A DNA stretch of 64,000 bases from Verrucomicrobiota bacterium (GCA_038209745.1 JBBQXJ010000004.1:1-64000); one strand, 5' to 3'. Counted from the first letter of the stretch, positions 12,190-22,111 are shown. The notes: generated by a model from the sequence alone, not told the origin. Numbers and translations are program-made.

Positions 12190-14262
12190 ATGCGATCCAA
12201 GCTGAGCAGACATATAGGTTCCCTCTCACTCCTAGGGGTTTCGGTCTCGCTTCTGGGCTGTTTCGCCGAAGCTTCATCCTCCGTCGGCGCCGTTCCAAAG
12301 CCATCCATGACCACTGTCGAAGCCAGAGTTGCGGAAGCCGATGAGAACGATTCCGATGCCCTCGGAAAAGCTCCAAACCATGAGCCTGTTCCCGCGAAAT
12401 TGGCAGAGATCGTGAAACTCGCCGACGCCAATGTGGCCGACGAAGTCATTCTGGCTTTCATCCACCGCGAACGGCAGGACTATAAGTTGACGGCAGACGA
12501 GGTGTTGTTCTTGCAGCGGAGAGGCCTCAACGAAGGTATAATCGCGGCTTTAATCCGCAATTCCACCCCGGAACAGGGCGTCCCTAGTGAACCGACCGCG
12601 CCAGTCGCATCCGTCACGATGGCGTCTCCATCGGAGACCCCGCCCACGCCTTCAGGTGCGGCTCCCGAAGCTCAAGAAGCCACCCCCTACTTCGAGCCGT
12701 CGACGGTAGTAACTCAATATGTCTCAGCTGTCGAAGCTCCAGAACCGACGACAGTTTCCTACTTCAACACCTACCTCTCGCCTCATGGGTCGTGGGTCAA
12801 TATCTCCGGCTATGGCAACTGTTGGCAGCCGACGATTGTCTTGGCCGACCCCACCTGGCAACCCTACTGCAACGGCGGCTGCTGGGTCTGGTCGGACAGT
12901 GGCTGGTATTGGCAGTCCGACTATTCTTGGGGCTGGGCCGCATTCCACTACGGCCGCTGGTGGAAGGACCACCGAGCTGGATGGGTCTGGGCGCCAGGCA
13001 GCGTTTGGGCGCCCGCTTGGGTTTCCTGGCGGAATTCGACCGACTATTGCGGCTGGGCTCCCCTGCCCCCGTCGGCTTATTACGCGGCCGGAATCGGTTT
13101 GACCTATCGCGGCGGGCGTGTCGGCGTGAACTTCGGATTCGGCCTCGGGGCCGAATGCTACAGTTTTGTGGAAGCTCGACACTTGGACGACCACGCGTGG
13201 CACCGCTACCGGGTGGGGCCTAGGGAAACGGGAATCATTTTCGCCAAAACAAAACCGATCAACCGCTACGAACAGGGCCCCCATGGCACGATCAACCGGG
13301 GAATTGCGCCGGAATGGTTCAGTCATGATTCCGACCGCAGAAGCCGGATCCCGGTCAAACTGGACGAAATCTCGTCCACCGGCGGGACACGGCCCGATTC
13401 TTGGCGCGACCAAGGACGCGCTCTAGCCGTCCTTCGCCCTCAAGACATCGGAAAAACTCGACCTGTTCCGTCGGAAAACCAGAGACACACCTCGCCGTCG
13501 CCGCGCCTTTTTATCAACAACGTCCCGGCCGACAGCTCGTTCAACCAACGTTCCAGCCGCAGTTGGAGTCAAAACCATGGGGCGTCCCAGTCCCAAGGGC
13601 CGGCCCAGACCCAGACCGCTCAAACGGAAGCCCGAAGCCGCTCCTTCGACACTGCCCCCGCTCGAAGAGATCCGGATCATTCAGGGCGGCTGATCATGGA
13701 AAAGCTGTCACCGCGACCGACGACTCCCGGAGCCGCCGCTTCCCCTTCGGACCCTGTTCAAACGCCTCGACCATTCGTAAACTCGCGGTCGAACTCCCGT
13801 CCGCTGCAGCCGCCCCGCGAATCCATTTCGGAAGGGCCGGCGACCCGCTCCCAGCAACCCGCCCCTCCTCAGCCTTCGATCCAGAATACCACTCCTCGAT
13901 TCTCCCCGCCTTCTCCGGCTGCATCAGGATCGTTCGGTCGCCCCGCGTCCCGTTCGGGAAGCCTCCAACCCGTCGGACCTCAGCTCAACCGGCCTCCCGC
14001 AAGCGCATTCGCCCCCCAAACCCGCGTTTTCGCTCCAACTCCCATTCAGCAACAAGCTCCAGTTCAATCCCCTCGTCCGTTGCCCCCGTCGGCCACCTTC
14101 CAGCCTCGGTTTGCGCCTCCCGAAGCTCCGGTCATGTCCCGCTCCAGCGCTCCAAGATTCCAAGCTCCGTCGAGTCCGACCGTCAACCAGTCGACCGGCC
14201 CCGGATTCCAAACCCAATCCCGGTCGAGCCAAAACCAAACCAGGCCAGGCCGGGGCCAGTAA
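12190..14262 (+). CDS. Exported DUF6600-like Trp-rich protein with a long Pro/Ser/Gln-rich tail
   Basis: Signal-like N-terminus; LSPHGSW...WQPYCNGGCWVWSDSGWYWQSDYSWGWAAFHYGRW...WAPAWVSW...GWAPLP; low-complexity C-terminus. Confidence 0.75.
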   Translation: MRSKLSRHIGSLSLLGVSVSLLGCFAEASSSVGAVPKPSMTTVEARVAEADENDSDALGKAPNHEPVPAKLAEIVKLADANVADEVILAFIHRERQDYKLTADEVLFLQRRGLNEGIIAALIRNSTPEQGVPSEPTAPVASVTMASPSETPPTPSGAAPEAQEATPYFEPSTVVTQYVSAVEAPEPTTVSYFNTYLSPHGSWVNISGYGNCWQPTIVLADPTWQPYCNGGCWVWSDSGWYWQSDYSWGWAAFHYGRWWKDHRAGWVWAPGSVWAPAWVSWRNSTDYCGWAPLPPSAYYAAGIGLTYRGGRVGVNFGFGLGAECYSFVEARHLDDHAWHRYRVGPRETGIIFAKTKPINRYEQGPHGTINRGIAPEWFSHDSDRRSRIPVKLDEISSTGGTRPDSWRDQGRALAVLRPQDIGKTRPVPSENQRHTSPSPRLFINNVPADSSFNQRSSRSWSQNHGASQSQGPAQTQTAQTEARSRSFDTAPARRDPDHSGRLIMEKLSPRPTTPGAAASPSDPVQTPRPFVNSRSNSRPLQPPRESISEGPATRSQQPAPPQPSIQNTTPRFSPPSPAASGSFGRPASRSGSLQPVGPQLNRPPASAFAPQTRVFAPTPIQQQAPVQSPRPLPPSATFQPRFAPPEAPVMSRSSAPRFQAPSSPTVNQSTGPGFQTQSRSSQNQTRPGRGQ

Positions 14263-14359
14263 GCCACCTTCAGCGGATTACAGGCTGCGGGTGAACGAGG
14301 CTTTGGTGCGGAAAACGACGACGCTTCCCATGACCTTTCCTCGTCCCTAGTTTGCCCGC

Positions 14360-16681
14360 GTGGAAGGCATCGGATTCATCAGGGACTTGGCGGTGGTGAT
14401 GATGGTGGCCGGCATCGCCGGCTGGATCTGCCGCCGCTTTGGGCTGTCGGTGGTCGTGGGCTATCTCGCCGCCGGCATCATCATCGGCCCCTACACCCCG
14501 CCGTTCCAGCTGGTGGAGGACGAGGGACGGGTCAACATGCTGGCCCAGTTCGGGCTCGTGTTCCTGATCTTCTCCGTCGGCATGGGACTGAGTTTGGGCC
14601 GGCTTCAACGGCTCGGTGTCTCCGTCGCCATCGCCACCGCCGTCGCCGCCGTGCTGGTCCTCAACGCCGGCCAGTTCTTCGGTGCCGCCATCGGCTGGGA
14701 CGCGACGAAGAGCCTCTTCCTCGCCGGCATGCTGATGGTCTCCAGCTCCGCGATCATCGCCAAGGTCCTGGAAGAGCTCAACGCCACCCACGAACGCTCC
14801 AGCCAGCTCGCCATCGGCATCACGGTGCTGGAGGACGTGGTCGCCGTGGTCATGCTCACCGTGCTCACTTCGGTCATCGAGTTCGGCGGTGCCGGCCACG
14901 GCGCGTCCATCTGGGCCACCCTCGGACGACTCGGCGCCTTCATCGTCTTCCTCCTGTTCCTCTCGGTCATGATCGTGCCGAAGCTGCTCAAACGCCTGAG
15001 CGACGAAGGCGCGACCGAGCTCCGCACCATCCTGCTCGCCGGACTGCTCTTCTCGCTCGCCTGGCTGGCGTGGAAGGCCGGCTACTCCGTGGCTTTGAGC
15101 GCTTTCGTCCTTGGGGCCGTGGTCGCGGGCACCCGCTACCGGGCCGAGGTCGAACGCGGCTTCGAGGCGCTCCGCCAGATCTTCGGCGCGGTCTTCTTCG
15201 TCGCCATCGGGATGTTGGTGGATGTGAAGACGCTCCCGTCCACCTGGCCGATGATCCTCGGCGTCACCGTGCTGGTCCTCATCGCTCGGCCCATCGCCTG
15301 CGCCATCGGTTTGATGGCCGTCGGCAACTCGGACCGCGAATCGATCCGCGCCGGTCTCTGCCTCACGCCCATCGGCGAATTCTCCTTCGTCATGGCTCAA
15401 ATGGGCGTCTCCGCCGGAGTCGTGCCCGCCTCTTTCTACGGCGTCGCGGTCGGGATCTGTTTGACCACCTCCCTCACTGCTCCGGCCATAACTCGCCGAT
15501 CCGGGGCGGTCGCCGATTGGCTCGCTGACCGGAAGCCGAACTTTCTCCGGGACGCTCTCGGGTTCTATCAAAGCTGGCTGGCCCGGCTCCAGGACCGACG
15601 CAACGGCAGCATGATGTGGCGCTTCGTCGGACCCCGGCTCATCCAGGTCGCCATGCACCTCCTCTTCCTGACCGCGCTGCTTATCTTCTGGAGCCCCGTC
15701 TATGCCCGGCTGGAGGCTTGGCTCACGCCGGACTGGCCGTTCCAAAACGGCCTTCCGATCGTCTTTTGGATCGTATTCGGCGCCGTCCTGCTCGGGCCCT
15801 TGATCGCGCTTTGGCGCAATGCCGAGGCCATTGCCATGATCCTCGCCGACGGCTCCACCCGCCACAGCCCGCGCAAGGAAACTCTCCGTCCCCTCGTCGA
15901 GACCACCCTGAAGACCACCGTCATCGGACTCCTCGTCCTCTGGCTCGTCAGCCTCTTGCCGCTCACCGGAACGCCTCCTGGACGAGTCCTGCTCGTCGCT
16001 GCCGCGCTGGGCATCGTGGGACTGCTTTTCTCCAGCCGCCTCGTCCGCTGGCACAACCGCATCGAGCGCGAACTCAGCGTCCAGTTGAAGACCGCCTCCA
16101 GTCCGGCTCAAGCCGCCGGCATGACCCTCGCCCTGCTTGATCGTCCCGAGGAATGGAACCTCGACATCGACGAAGTCACTTTGCCAAGCCAGACCCAACA
16201 CGCCGGCCGCACCATCCGCGAGGTCAACCTACGCCGCAGCACCGGCTGCTCCATCGTCGGGATCGATCGACATGGGTTCACTCTGAACAACCCGTCCGCC
16301 GACGAACGTCTCTATCCCGGCGACCGCATCCTCCTGCTCGGCTCCCCCGAGCAGCTCGCCACCGCCGAGGGCGTCCTCACCGGAGGCACCGCCGCCAATG
16401 CCATCGGCCAGTCCTTCAGCGAACTCACCAACGAATCCATCCGCATCCCCGAAGCCAGCCCCTACGTCGGCAAGACCCTCGTGCAGCTCGATCTCATGCG
16501 CCGCTTCAGCGTGCAAATCTGCGGCATCAAGCGCGGCCAGGAACGTCGCGTCCTTCCCGCCGGCGGGGACCAGATCCTCGGCGGAGATCTCCTCCTTCTG
16601 CTCGGCACCCATGACCGTATTCGGGAATGCCGTCGATGGCTTGCGCAACCCCCTGCCGAAGACGGCGCTGCCAAGGACTGA
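14360..16681 (+). CDS. CPA2-family cation:proton antiporter with two C-terminal RCK_C (TrkA-C) domains
   Basis: GYLAAGIIIGP, SSSAIIAK, EDVVAV, FFVAIG, IGEFSFV; two GRTIREVNLR / GKTLVQLDL...GD.LLLLG repeats. Confidence 0.9.
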   Translation: MEGIGFIRDLAVVMMVAGIAGWICRRFGLSVVVGYLAAGIIIGPYTPPFQLVEDEGRVNMLAQFGLVFLIFSVGMGLSLGRLQRLGVSVAIATAVAAVLVLNAGQFFGAAIGWDATKSLFLAGMLMVSSSAIIAKVLEELNATHERSSQLAIGITVLEDVVAVVMLTVLTSVIEFGGAGHGASIWATLGRLGAFIVFLLFLSVMIVPKLLKRLSDEGATELRTILLAGLLFSLAWLAWKAGYSVALSAFVLGAVVAGTRYRAEVERGFEALRQIFGAVFFVAIGMLVDVKTLPSTWPMILGVTVLVLIARPIACAIGLMAVGNSDRESIRAGLCLTPIGEFSFVMAQMGVSAGVVPASFYGVAVGICLTTSLTAPAITRRSGAVADWLADRKPNFLRDALGFYQSWLARLQDRRNGSMMWRFVGPRLIQVAMHLLFLTALLIFWSPVYARLEAWLTPDWPFQNGLPIVFWIVFGAVLLGPLIALWRNAEAIAMILADGSTRHSPRKETLRPLVETTLKTTVIGLLVLWLVSLLPLTGTPPGRVLLVAAALGIVGLLFSSRLVRWHNRIERELSVQLKTASSPAQAAGMTLALLDRPEEWNLDIDEVTLPSQTQHAGRTIREVNLRRSTGCSIVGIDRHGFTLNNPSADERLYPGDRILLLGSPEQLATAEGVLTGGTAANAIGQSFSELTNESIRIPEASPYVGKTLVQLDLMRRFSVQICGIKRGQERRVLPAGGDQILGGDLLLLLGTHDRIRECRRWLAQPPAEDGAAKD

Positions 16682-16939
16682 AGAAGCAAGGCTGGGGCTC
16701 ACGCCGAGCCGCCTTGGGGCGGACGAGGTTTTGGGATGCATTCCTGGCCACTCCGGAATGCTTGAAAGTTGCCAGAGAAACAGTCTCGTCTTCAGAGGTT
16801 CAACCGGACGGCTCGTCGGGAAATTTCGCCGCGCCGTTCTCAACATGCAAAATCATCGCTCGGTGGTGCATCCTTCCAGTTCCCCTGACCCCGGGATTCG
16901 TGATTCACTTTCCCCGCTCCGAACACACCCGCACTACCG

Positions 16940-17251
16940 ATGAAACGACTCCGCCATCAGGGATTCTTTAAATTCAAACCCGAGATCACGCCCGATCAAG
17001 TCGCCGCCGTCTGGCGCACGATGGAGGCTTTCCAGCGCGAGATCCCCGGCATTCTGGAATTTACCTGGGGCACCGACGCCAGCACCGAGGGCCTCTCCGA
17101 CGGCTTCACCCACAGCTGGTGCATGACCTTCGAGAACGTCGCCGCGCGCGACGCCTACCTGCCCCACCCCGTTCACCAGGCCGCCGTCCAGTTTGTCGTG
17201 CCCAAGCTCGAACGCTTCATCGTCATCGACCACGAATTCGCAGTCCGCTGA
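16940..17251 (+). CDS. Dabb family (stress-responsive A/B barrel) protein
   Basis: LRH..FFKFKP...IPGI..FTWG...EGLSDGFTH...F....RDAYLPHPVH. Confidence 0.9.
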   Translation: MKRLRHQGFFKFKPEITPDQVAAVWRTMEAFQREIPGILEFTWGTDASTEGLSDGFTHSWCMTFENVAARDAYLPHPVHQAAVQFVVPKLERFIVIDHEFAVR

Positions 17252-17285
17252 TCCGATTTTCAAACCAACCAACCCACTCAAGCAC

Positions 17286-18170
17286 ATGCCCAACCCCTGG
17301 ACCGGAAAAGGAAACCCCTACACCCGCCTCGAAGTCGTCGAACGCCTCCGTGAGACGCTGAAGAAAAACCAGCCCATCATCGCCGCCGGAGCCGGCACCG
17401 GCATCTCCGCCAAGTTCATCGAGAAGGGCGGCGCCGACCTCATCATCATCTACAATTCCGGCCGCTTCCGCATGATGGGCCACGGCTCCACCGCCGGCAT
17501 GATGGCCTACGGCGACGCCAACGCCATCGCCATGGAGATCGGCGAATACGAGGTGCTCCCCGTCGTCGAGGAAGTTCCCGTCATCTGCGGCGTCCACGCC
17601 ACCGACCCCCGCCGCCGCATGTGGCACTGGCTCGGCAAGGTGAAGGAAATGGGCTTCTCCGGCGTGAACAACTTCCCCACCCACACCATCATCGACGGCC
17701 ACTTCCGCGGCGTGCTGGAAGAGACCGGCATGAGCGTGAAGAAAGAATACGAGATGGTCGCCCTCGCCCGCCGCATGGACCTCTTCTCCGTCGTCTACGT
17801 CGGCTCCCCCGCCGAAGCCATCGAGATGGCCAAGGCCGGCGCCGACTCCATCATCGCCCACGTCGGCACCACCGTCGGCGGTTCCATCGGGGTCACCGGC
17901 GCCGTCGTCAGCTGGGACGACACCCTCAAGCGCACCCAGGACATCATCGACGCCGCCCGCACCGTGCGGAAGGACATCTTCTTCCTCTGCCACGGCGGCC
18001 CGATCAACACCCCGGAAGACGCCGACCGCGTGATCAAGCACACCGACTGCGTCGGCTTCGTCGGCGCCAGCTCGCTCGAACGCATGGGCATCGAGGAATC
18101 CCTCACCAACCTCACCAAGAAGTTCAAGAACCTGCCCGCGCCCGCCGCGAGCAAGTTCCCGGCGTTTTGA
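17286..18170 (+). CDS. Phosphoenolpyruvate hydrolase-like TIM-barrel protein (homolog of the Tm-1 C-terminal domain)
   Basis: AGAGTGISAK..E.GGADLIIIYNSGRFRM.G..S.AG.MAYGDAN, GV.NFPT, CHGGPI, GASSLER. Confidence 0.92.
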   Translation: MPNPWTGKGNPYTRLEVVERLRETLKKNQPIIAAGAGTGISAKFIEKGGADLIIIYNSGRFRMMGHGSTAGMMAYGDANAIAMEIGEYEVLPVVEEVPVICGVHATDPRRRMWHWLGKVKEMGFSGVNNFPTHTIIDGHFRGVLEETGMSVKKEYEMVALARRMDLFSVVYVGSPAEAIEMAKAGADSIIAHVGTTVGGSIGVTGAVVSWDDTLKRTQDIIDAARTVRKDIFFLCHGGPINTPEDADRVIKHTDCVGFVGASSLERMGIEESLTNLTKKFKNLPAPAASKFPAF

Positions 18171-18183
18171 TCCACGCATGATG

Positions 18184-18271
18184 AACCGCTAATCCAAGCT
18201 GATTTTCGCTGATCCGGATGGAGGTCCCAAAGGTCCGCCGGATCAGCGTCGATCAGCGCAGATTAGCGGTT
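18184..18271. repeat. 34-bp imperfect inverted repeat with internal 10-bp periodicity
   Basis: Left arm AACCGCTAATCCAAGCTGATTTTCGCTGATCCGG vs reverse complement of right arm AACCGCTAATCTGCGCTGATCGACGCTGATCCGG (28/34 identical). Confidence 0.85.
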
Positions 18272-18305
18272 TTGCCATTCCTCCGAATCTTCCACTCTCT
18301 CGCCC

Positions 18306-19529
18306 ATGCCCACCATCGCCGTTCTCGGAACCTTCGACACCAAAGGGCCTGAACATGGATTCGTGGCCGACGCCATCCGTCGCCGCGGCCACACGCCCCT
18401 GCTCATCCACGTCGGTACCCAGGGCGAACCCACCCTCACGCCCGACATCGACCTGGCCGAAGTCGCGGCGCTCGGCGACGCCGATTGGGTGGCCATCCTG
18501 AAGCGCCAGGATCGTGGCGAGTGCATGGCCCTCATGTCGAAGGCCGCCGCCGCGCTCATCGGCAAGCTCGCGGCGGAAGGCCGCATCCAGGGCATCATTT
18601 CCCTCGGCGGCGGCGGCGGCACCGCCATCGCCACGGCGGCGATGCGTCCGCTGCCCATCGGTTTCCCCAAGGTGATGGTCTCCACCCTCGCCAGCGGCAA
18701 CGTCGCTCCCTACGTCGGCACCAAGGACATCGTCATGGTCCCGGCGATCGTCGATGTGGCCGGATTGAACCGGCTCTCGCGAACAATCTTCGCCAACGCC
18801 GCCGCCGCCATCTGCGGCATGGTCGAAGCCGCAGCGGAAGCTTCCACGGCCACCGCCGCCGACAAGCCGTTGGTCGTCGCCAGCATGTTCGGAAACACCA
18901 CCGCCTGCGTGACCGAGGCGCGCAAGCTCGTCGAAGCCGCCGGCTACGAGGTGCTCGTCTTCGCCGCCACTGGCACCGGTGGGCGCACGATGGAATCGTT
19001 GATCGAGAGCGGCCTCGTCGCCGGCGTGCTCGACATCACCACCACTGAATGGGCCGATGAACTCGTCGGCGGCGTGCTCGGCGCAGGCCCCACCCGCCTC
19101 GACGCCACGGCCACGGCCAAGATCCCCGCCATCGTCGTTCCAGGTTGCCTCGACATGGTGAACTTCGGCGAACCCCACACCGTTCCGGAGAAGTTCAAGG
19201 GCCGCACCTTCTACCACCACAACCCGCAGGTCACCTTGCTGCGGACGAACCCGGAGGAGTGCGCCGAACTCGGCCGCATCCTCGCCGAGAAGGTCAACCG
19301 CTACACCGCGCCCGTGACCGTGCTGCTCCCGCTCCAGGGCCTCAGCGTCATCAGCGCGCCCGGCGGCGCCTTCCACGATCCGGCCGCCGACGCCGCGCTC
19401 TTCGGCGCGATCAAGCATTACCTTCGTCCCGGCATCCCCGTGTTGGAAATGGACTGTGTGATCAACGATCCCGCCTTCGCCCAACGCTGCGCCCACGAGC
19501 TGCTGGCGAACTTGAAGAAAGTCGCCTAA
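18306..19529 (+). CDS. Tm-1-like ATP-binding domain protein (UPF0261)
   Basis: LGTFDTKGPE, DRG, GGGGGT, LPIGFPKVMVSTLASG, DVAGLN, SMFGNTT, TGTGGRTME, DITTTEWAD, GCLDMVNF, HNPQVTLLRT. Confidence 0.93.
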   Translation: MPTIAVLGTFDTKGPEHGFVADAIRRRGHTPLLIHVGTQGEPTLTPDIDLAEVAALGDADWVAILKRQDRGECMALMSKAAAALIGKLAAEGRIQGIISLGGGGGTAIATAAMRPLPIGFPKVMVSTLASGNVAPYVGTKDIVMVPAIVDVAGLNRLSRTIFANAAAAICGMVEAAAEASTATAADKPLVVASMFGNTTACVTEARKLVEAAGYEVLVFAATGTGGRTMESLIESGLVAGVLDITTTEWADELVGGVLGAGPTRLDATATAKIPAIVVPGCLDMVNFGEPHTVPEKFKGRTFYHHNPQVTLLRTNPEECAELGRILAEKVNRYTAPVTVLLPLQGLSVISAPGGAFHDPAADAALFGAIKHYLRPGIPVLEMDCVINDPAFAQRCAHELLANLKKVA

Positions 19530-19641
19530 AACCCGACACCCGGAGGAGGTCGGGCGAAGGCTCCTACCCTCGGCTCTTCGCTCCCGTCTTTGCAGACCAC
19601 TTCGCGCTTGGCAGCGTTTCCCGTCTGCGGAAACTCCGGTC

Positions 19642-21663
19642 ATGTTCTCCCGACTGCTTTCCCTCGCGGCCGCAATGAGTTTGCTCACCCTCGCCCTGCA
19701 CGCCGACGGGGTCGCCGACAATCTCGTCGACCAGGTCCGCCGCGTCCCGCCCCCTGGAGTCGCGATTCCGAAGCAGGACCGTGACGATTTGGAAAAGGGC
19801 GTCGCTGCTTTGAGCCGTGAATTGGCCACGCTCCCTGTCGAACTCAAGTCCAACCCCGACCTCCTCCGGTTGCTGCCCGACGTCGCGATCTTCCACAAAG
19901 CCGTCGATTGGGCCCTCCGCTACGACGAGTTCTTCAACACCAACCAGGTCAAGACCGCGCGCGAACTCCTCCGCGTGGCCAACGAACGCCTCGGCCAGCT
20001 CCGCGATGGCCACGCTCCTTGGCTCACCGCCACCGGGCTCGTCGTCCGCGCCTACGTCTCGAAGATCGACGGCTCGCTCCAGCCCTACGGCCTCGTCGTC
20101 CCCGCCAGCTACCGGCCGGGCGGCAAGCCGATGCGCCTCGACTTCTGGTTCCACGGACGCGGCGAAACCCTGAGCGAACTCGACTTCCTCGCCCAACGCC
20201 TCCACAGCCTCGGCGACTTCACTCCGTCCGACGCGATCGTCCTCCACACCTACGGCCGCTACTGCAACGGCCAACGTTTTGCCGGCGAAGTCGACGCCTT
20301 CGAGGCGCTGGCGGCGGTCGAGCGCGACATCGCGGTGGATCCGAACCGAATCGCCGTCCGGGGTTTCTCTCTCGGCGGCGCGGCTTGCTGGCATTTCACC
20401 ACGCTCCATGCCGGCATGTGGGCCGCCGCCGCGCCGGGCGCGGGCTTCAGCGAGACGGCGGATTTCCTGAAAGTCTTCCAACAGGAAACGCTCCAGCCTA
20501 CCCGGTGGGAACAGAAGCTCTGGCGCCTCTACGATTCCACCGAGCATTCGGCCAATCTCTTCAACGTCCCCACCGTCGCCTACAGCGGCGAGATCGACCA
20601 CCAGAAGCAGGCCGCCGACATGATGGTCCAGGCCGCCGCCGCCGAGGGACTTTCCTTCAAATACGTCATCGGCAAAGGCATGGCCCATCGCTACGACGCG
20701 GCTTCCAAGCAGGAGATCAGCGCCTTCATCGACGAGGCTATGGTCAAGGGCCGCGATCCCGTTCCGGCCAAGGTCCGCTTCGTCACCCACAGCCTCCGCT
20801 ACAACGAGATGAAATGGGTCCGGATCGACGGACTCGGCGAGCATTGGGAACCCGCCCGCGTCGAGGCCGAGATCGCGGAGGCGAACCGCATCGTCGTCAC
20901 CACGACCAACGTCACCGGACTCACTCTTCAGTTCCCCGCCGGACAGACCCGCCTCGCGCGGTCCGTCGACGTTGTGATCGACGGCTCGACCGTGGCCGGT
21001 CGGAAGGTCATGGCGGACGGCTCGTTGACCCTCTCGCTCCGGCGCAACGGCTCCAAATGGAACGCGGTCGAGTCTCCTGCCGCAGGCCGGGTCAAACGCC
21101 ACGGATTGCAGGGTCCCATCGACGACGCGTTCTACGATTCGTTCCTCTTTGTGACGCCCACGGGCACGGCGGCGAATCCTGCGGTGGCTGCGTGGGCCGA
21201 CAGCGAACTGCAACACGCCATGGTGCATTGGCGGCGTGAGTTCCGGGGCGAGGCCCGGGTGAAGAGGGATGTCGACATCACCGCCGAAGACCTGCGCGAC
21301 AACAACGTCGTCGTTTGGGGCGACCCCTCCTCCAACCGGCTACTCAAGAGACTCGCCTCGAAACTGCCGATTCAATGGAGCGGCAAAACGATCAAGGTCG
21401 GCCAACTCGGCAGCTATCCCTCCGCCACCCACGCGCTCGTCGGCATCTACCCGAATCCGCTCAACCCCGACCGATACGTCGTGCTCAACAGCAGCTTCAC
21501 CTTCCGCGAATACGACTACCTGAACAACGCGCGCCAGACCCCCAAGCTGCCCGACTGGGCCGTGATCGACATCACCCAGCCCGCCACCTCGCGCTTCCCC
21601 GGCAAGGTGGTCGACGCCGGATTCTTCGACGAACAATGGAAGCTGAAGAAGGCCGCAAATTGA
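19642..21663 (+). CDS. Exported alpha/beta-hydrolase (prolyl oligopeptidase/esterase-like)
   Basis: Signal peptide, DGSLQPYGL, HGRGE, nucleophile elbow GFSLGG, YSGEID, GMAH. Confidence 0.85.
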   Translation: MFSRLLSLAAAMSLLTLALHADGVADNLVDQVRRVPPPGVAIPKQDRDDLEKGVAALSRELATLPVELKSNPDLLRLLPDVAIFHKAVDWALRYDEFFNTNQVKTARELLRVANERLGQLRDGHAPWLTATGLVVRAYVSKIDGSLQPYGLVVPASYRPGGKPMRLDFWFHGRGETLSELDFLAQRLHSLGDFTPSDAIVLHTYGRYCNGQRFAGEVDAFEALAAVERDIAVDPNRIAVRGFSLGGAACWHFTTLHAGMWAAAAPGAGFSETADFLKVFQQETLQPTRWEQKLWRLYDSTEHSANLFNVPTVAYSGEIDHQKQAADMMVQAAAAEGLSFKYVIGKGMAHRYDAASKQEISAFIDEAMVKGRDPVPAKVRFVTHSLRYNEMKWVRIDGLGEHWEPARVEAEIAEANRIVVTTTNVTGLTLQFPAGQTRLARSVDVVIDGSTVAGRKVMADGSLTLSLRRNGSKWNAVESPAAGRVKRHGLQGPIDDAFYDSFLFVTPTGTAANPAVAAWADSELQHAMVHWRREFRGEARVKRDVDITAEDLRDNNVVVWGDPSSNRLLKRLASKLPIQWSGKTIKVGQLGSYPSATHALVGIYPNPLNPDRYVVLNSSFTFREYDYLNNARQTPKLPDWAVIDITQPATSRFPGKVVDAGFFDEQWKLKKAAN

Positions 21664-21793
21664 CCGGAAACGATCTCGGATTCCAGCTGACCAATCGACT
21701 CTCTGCCTTCTCTGGGAGGGACAAACCACAAGCTTGGATAAAATGCTGCGTTGATCTGAACGACAGGTTTGGGTGACGACAACGCAAAGGCTC

Positions 21794-22081
21794 ATGAGCA
21801 CATCCGCAATCGTTCAATCTCCGGACGGGAACTATTCAGTCGAAAAGCAGGAAGACTTTGGTGAAATCGGCATGGGCCACCCGGCCTCCCGACATATTAC
21901 CCTGCGTGGCGCCGACGTTCAATTCGCCGACTTCCTGTTCGGCGAGTCCATTATTTTCAGTTCCGATGCACGCTTTGTGGCGTTTGAGCAGTGGTCGGTG
22001 GGCGGCGCGGCAGAACAACTGTGTTGGGACGCGCCGCCCCGGCCGCCTGAAAAGAAAGGGCTCTTTAGACTTTGGGAATGA
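21794..22081 (+). pseudogene. Probable gene fragment (SPDG / beta-strand type) broken at a palindrome
   Basis: QSPDGNY...GEIGMG...FGESIIFSSDARFVAFEQW reads as protein, then degenerates at the inverted repeat GGGCGGCGCG...CGCGCCGCCC; lower GC than flanks. Confidence 0.35.
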
Positions 22082-22111
22082 AGGCTTCGCCCAAGAGCGA
22101 AAGCCGGAAGC

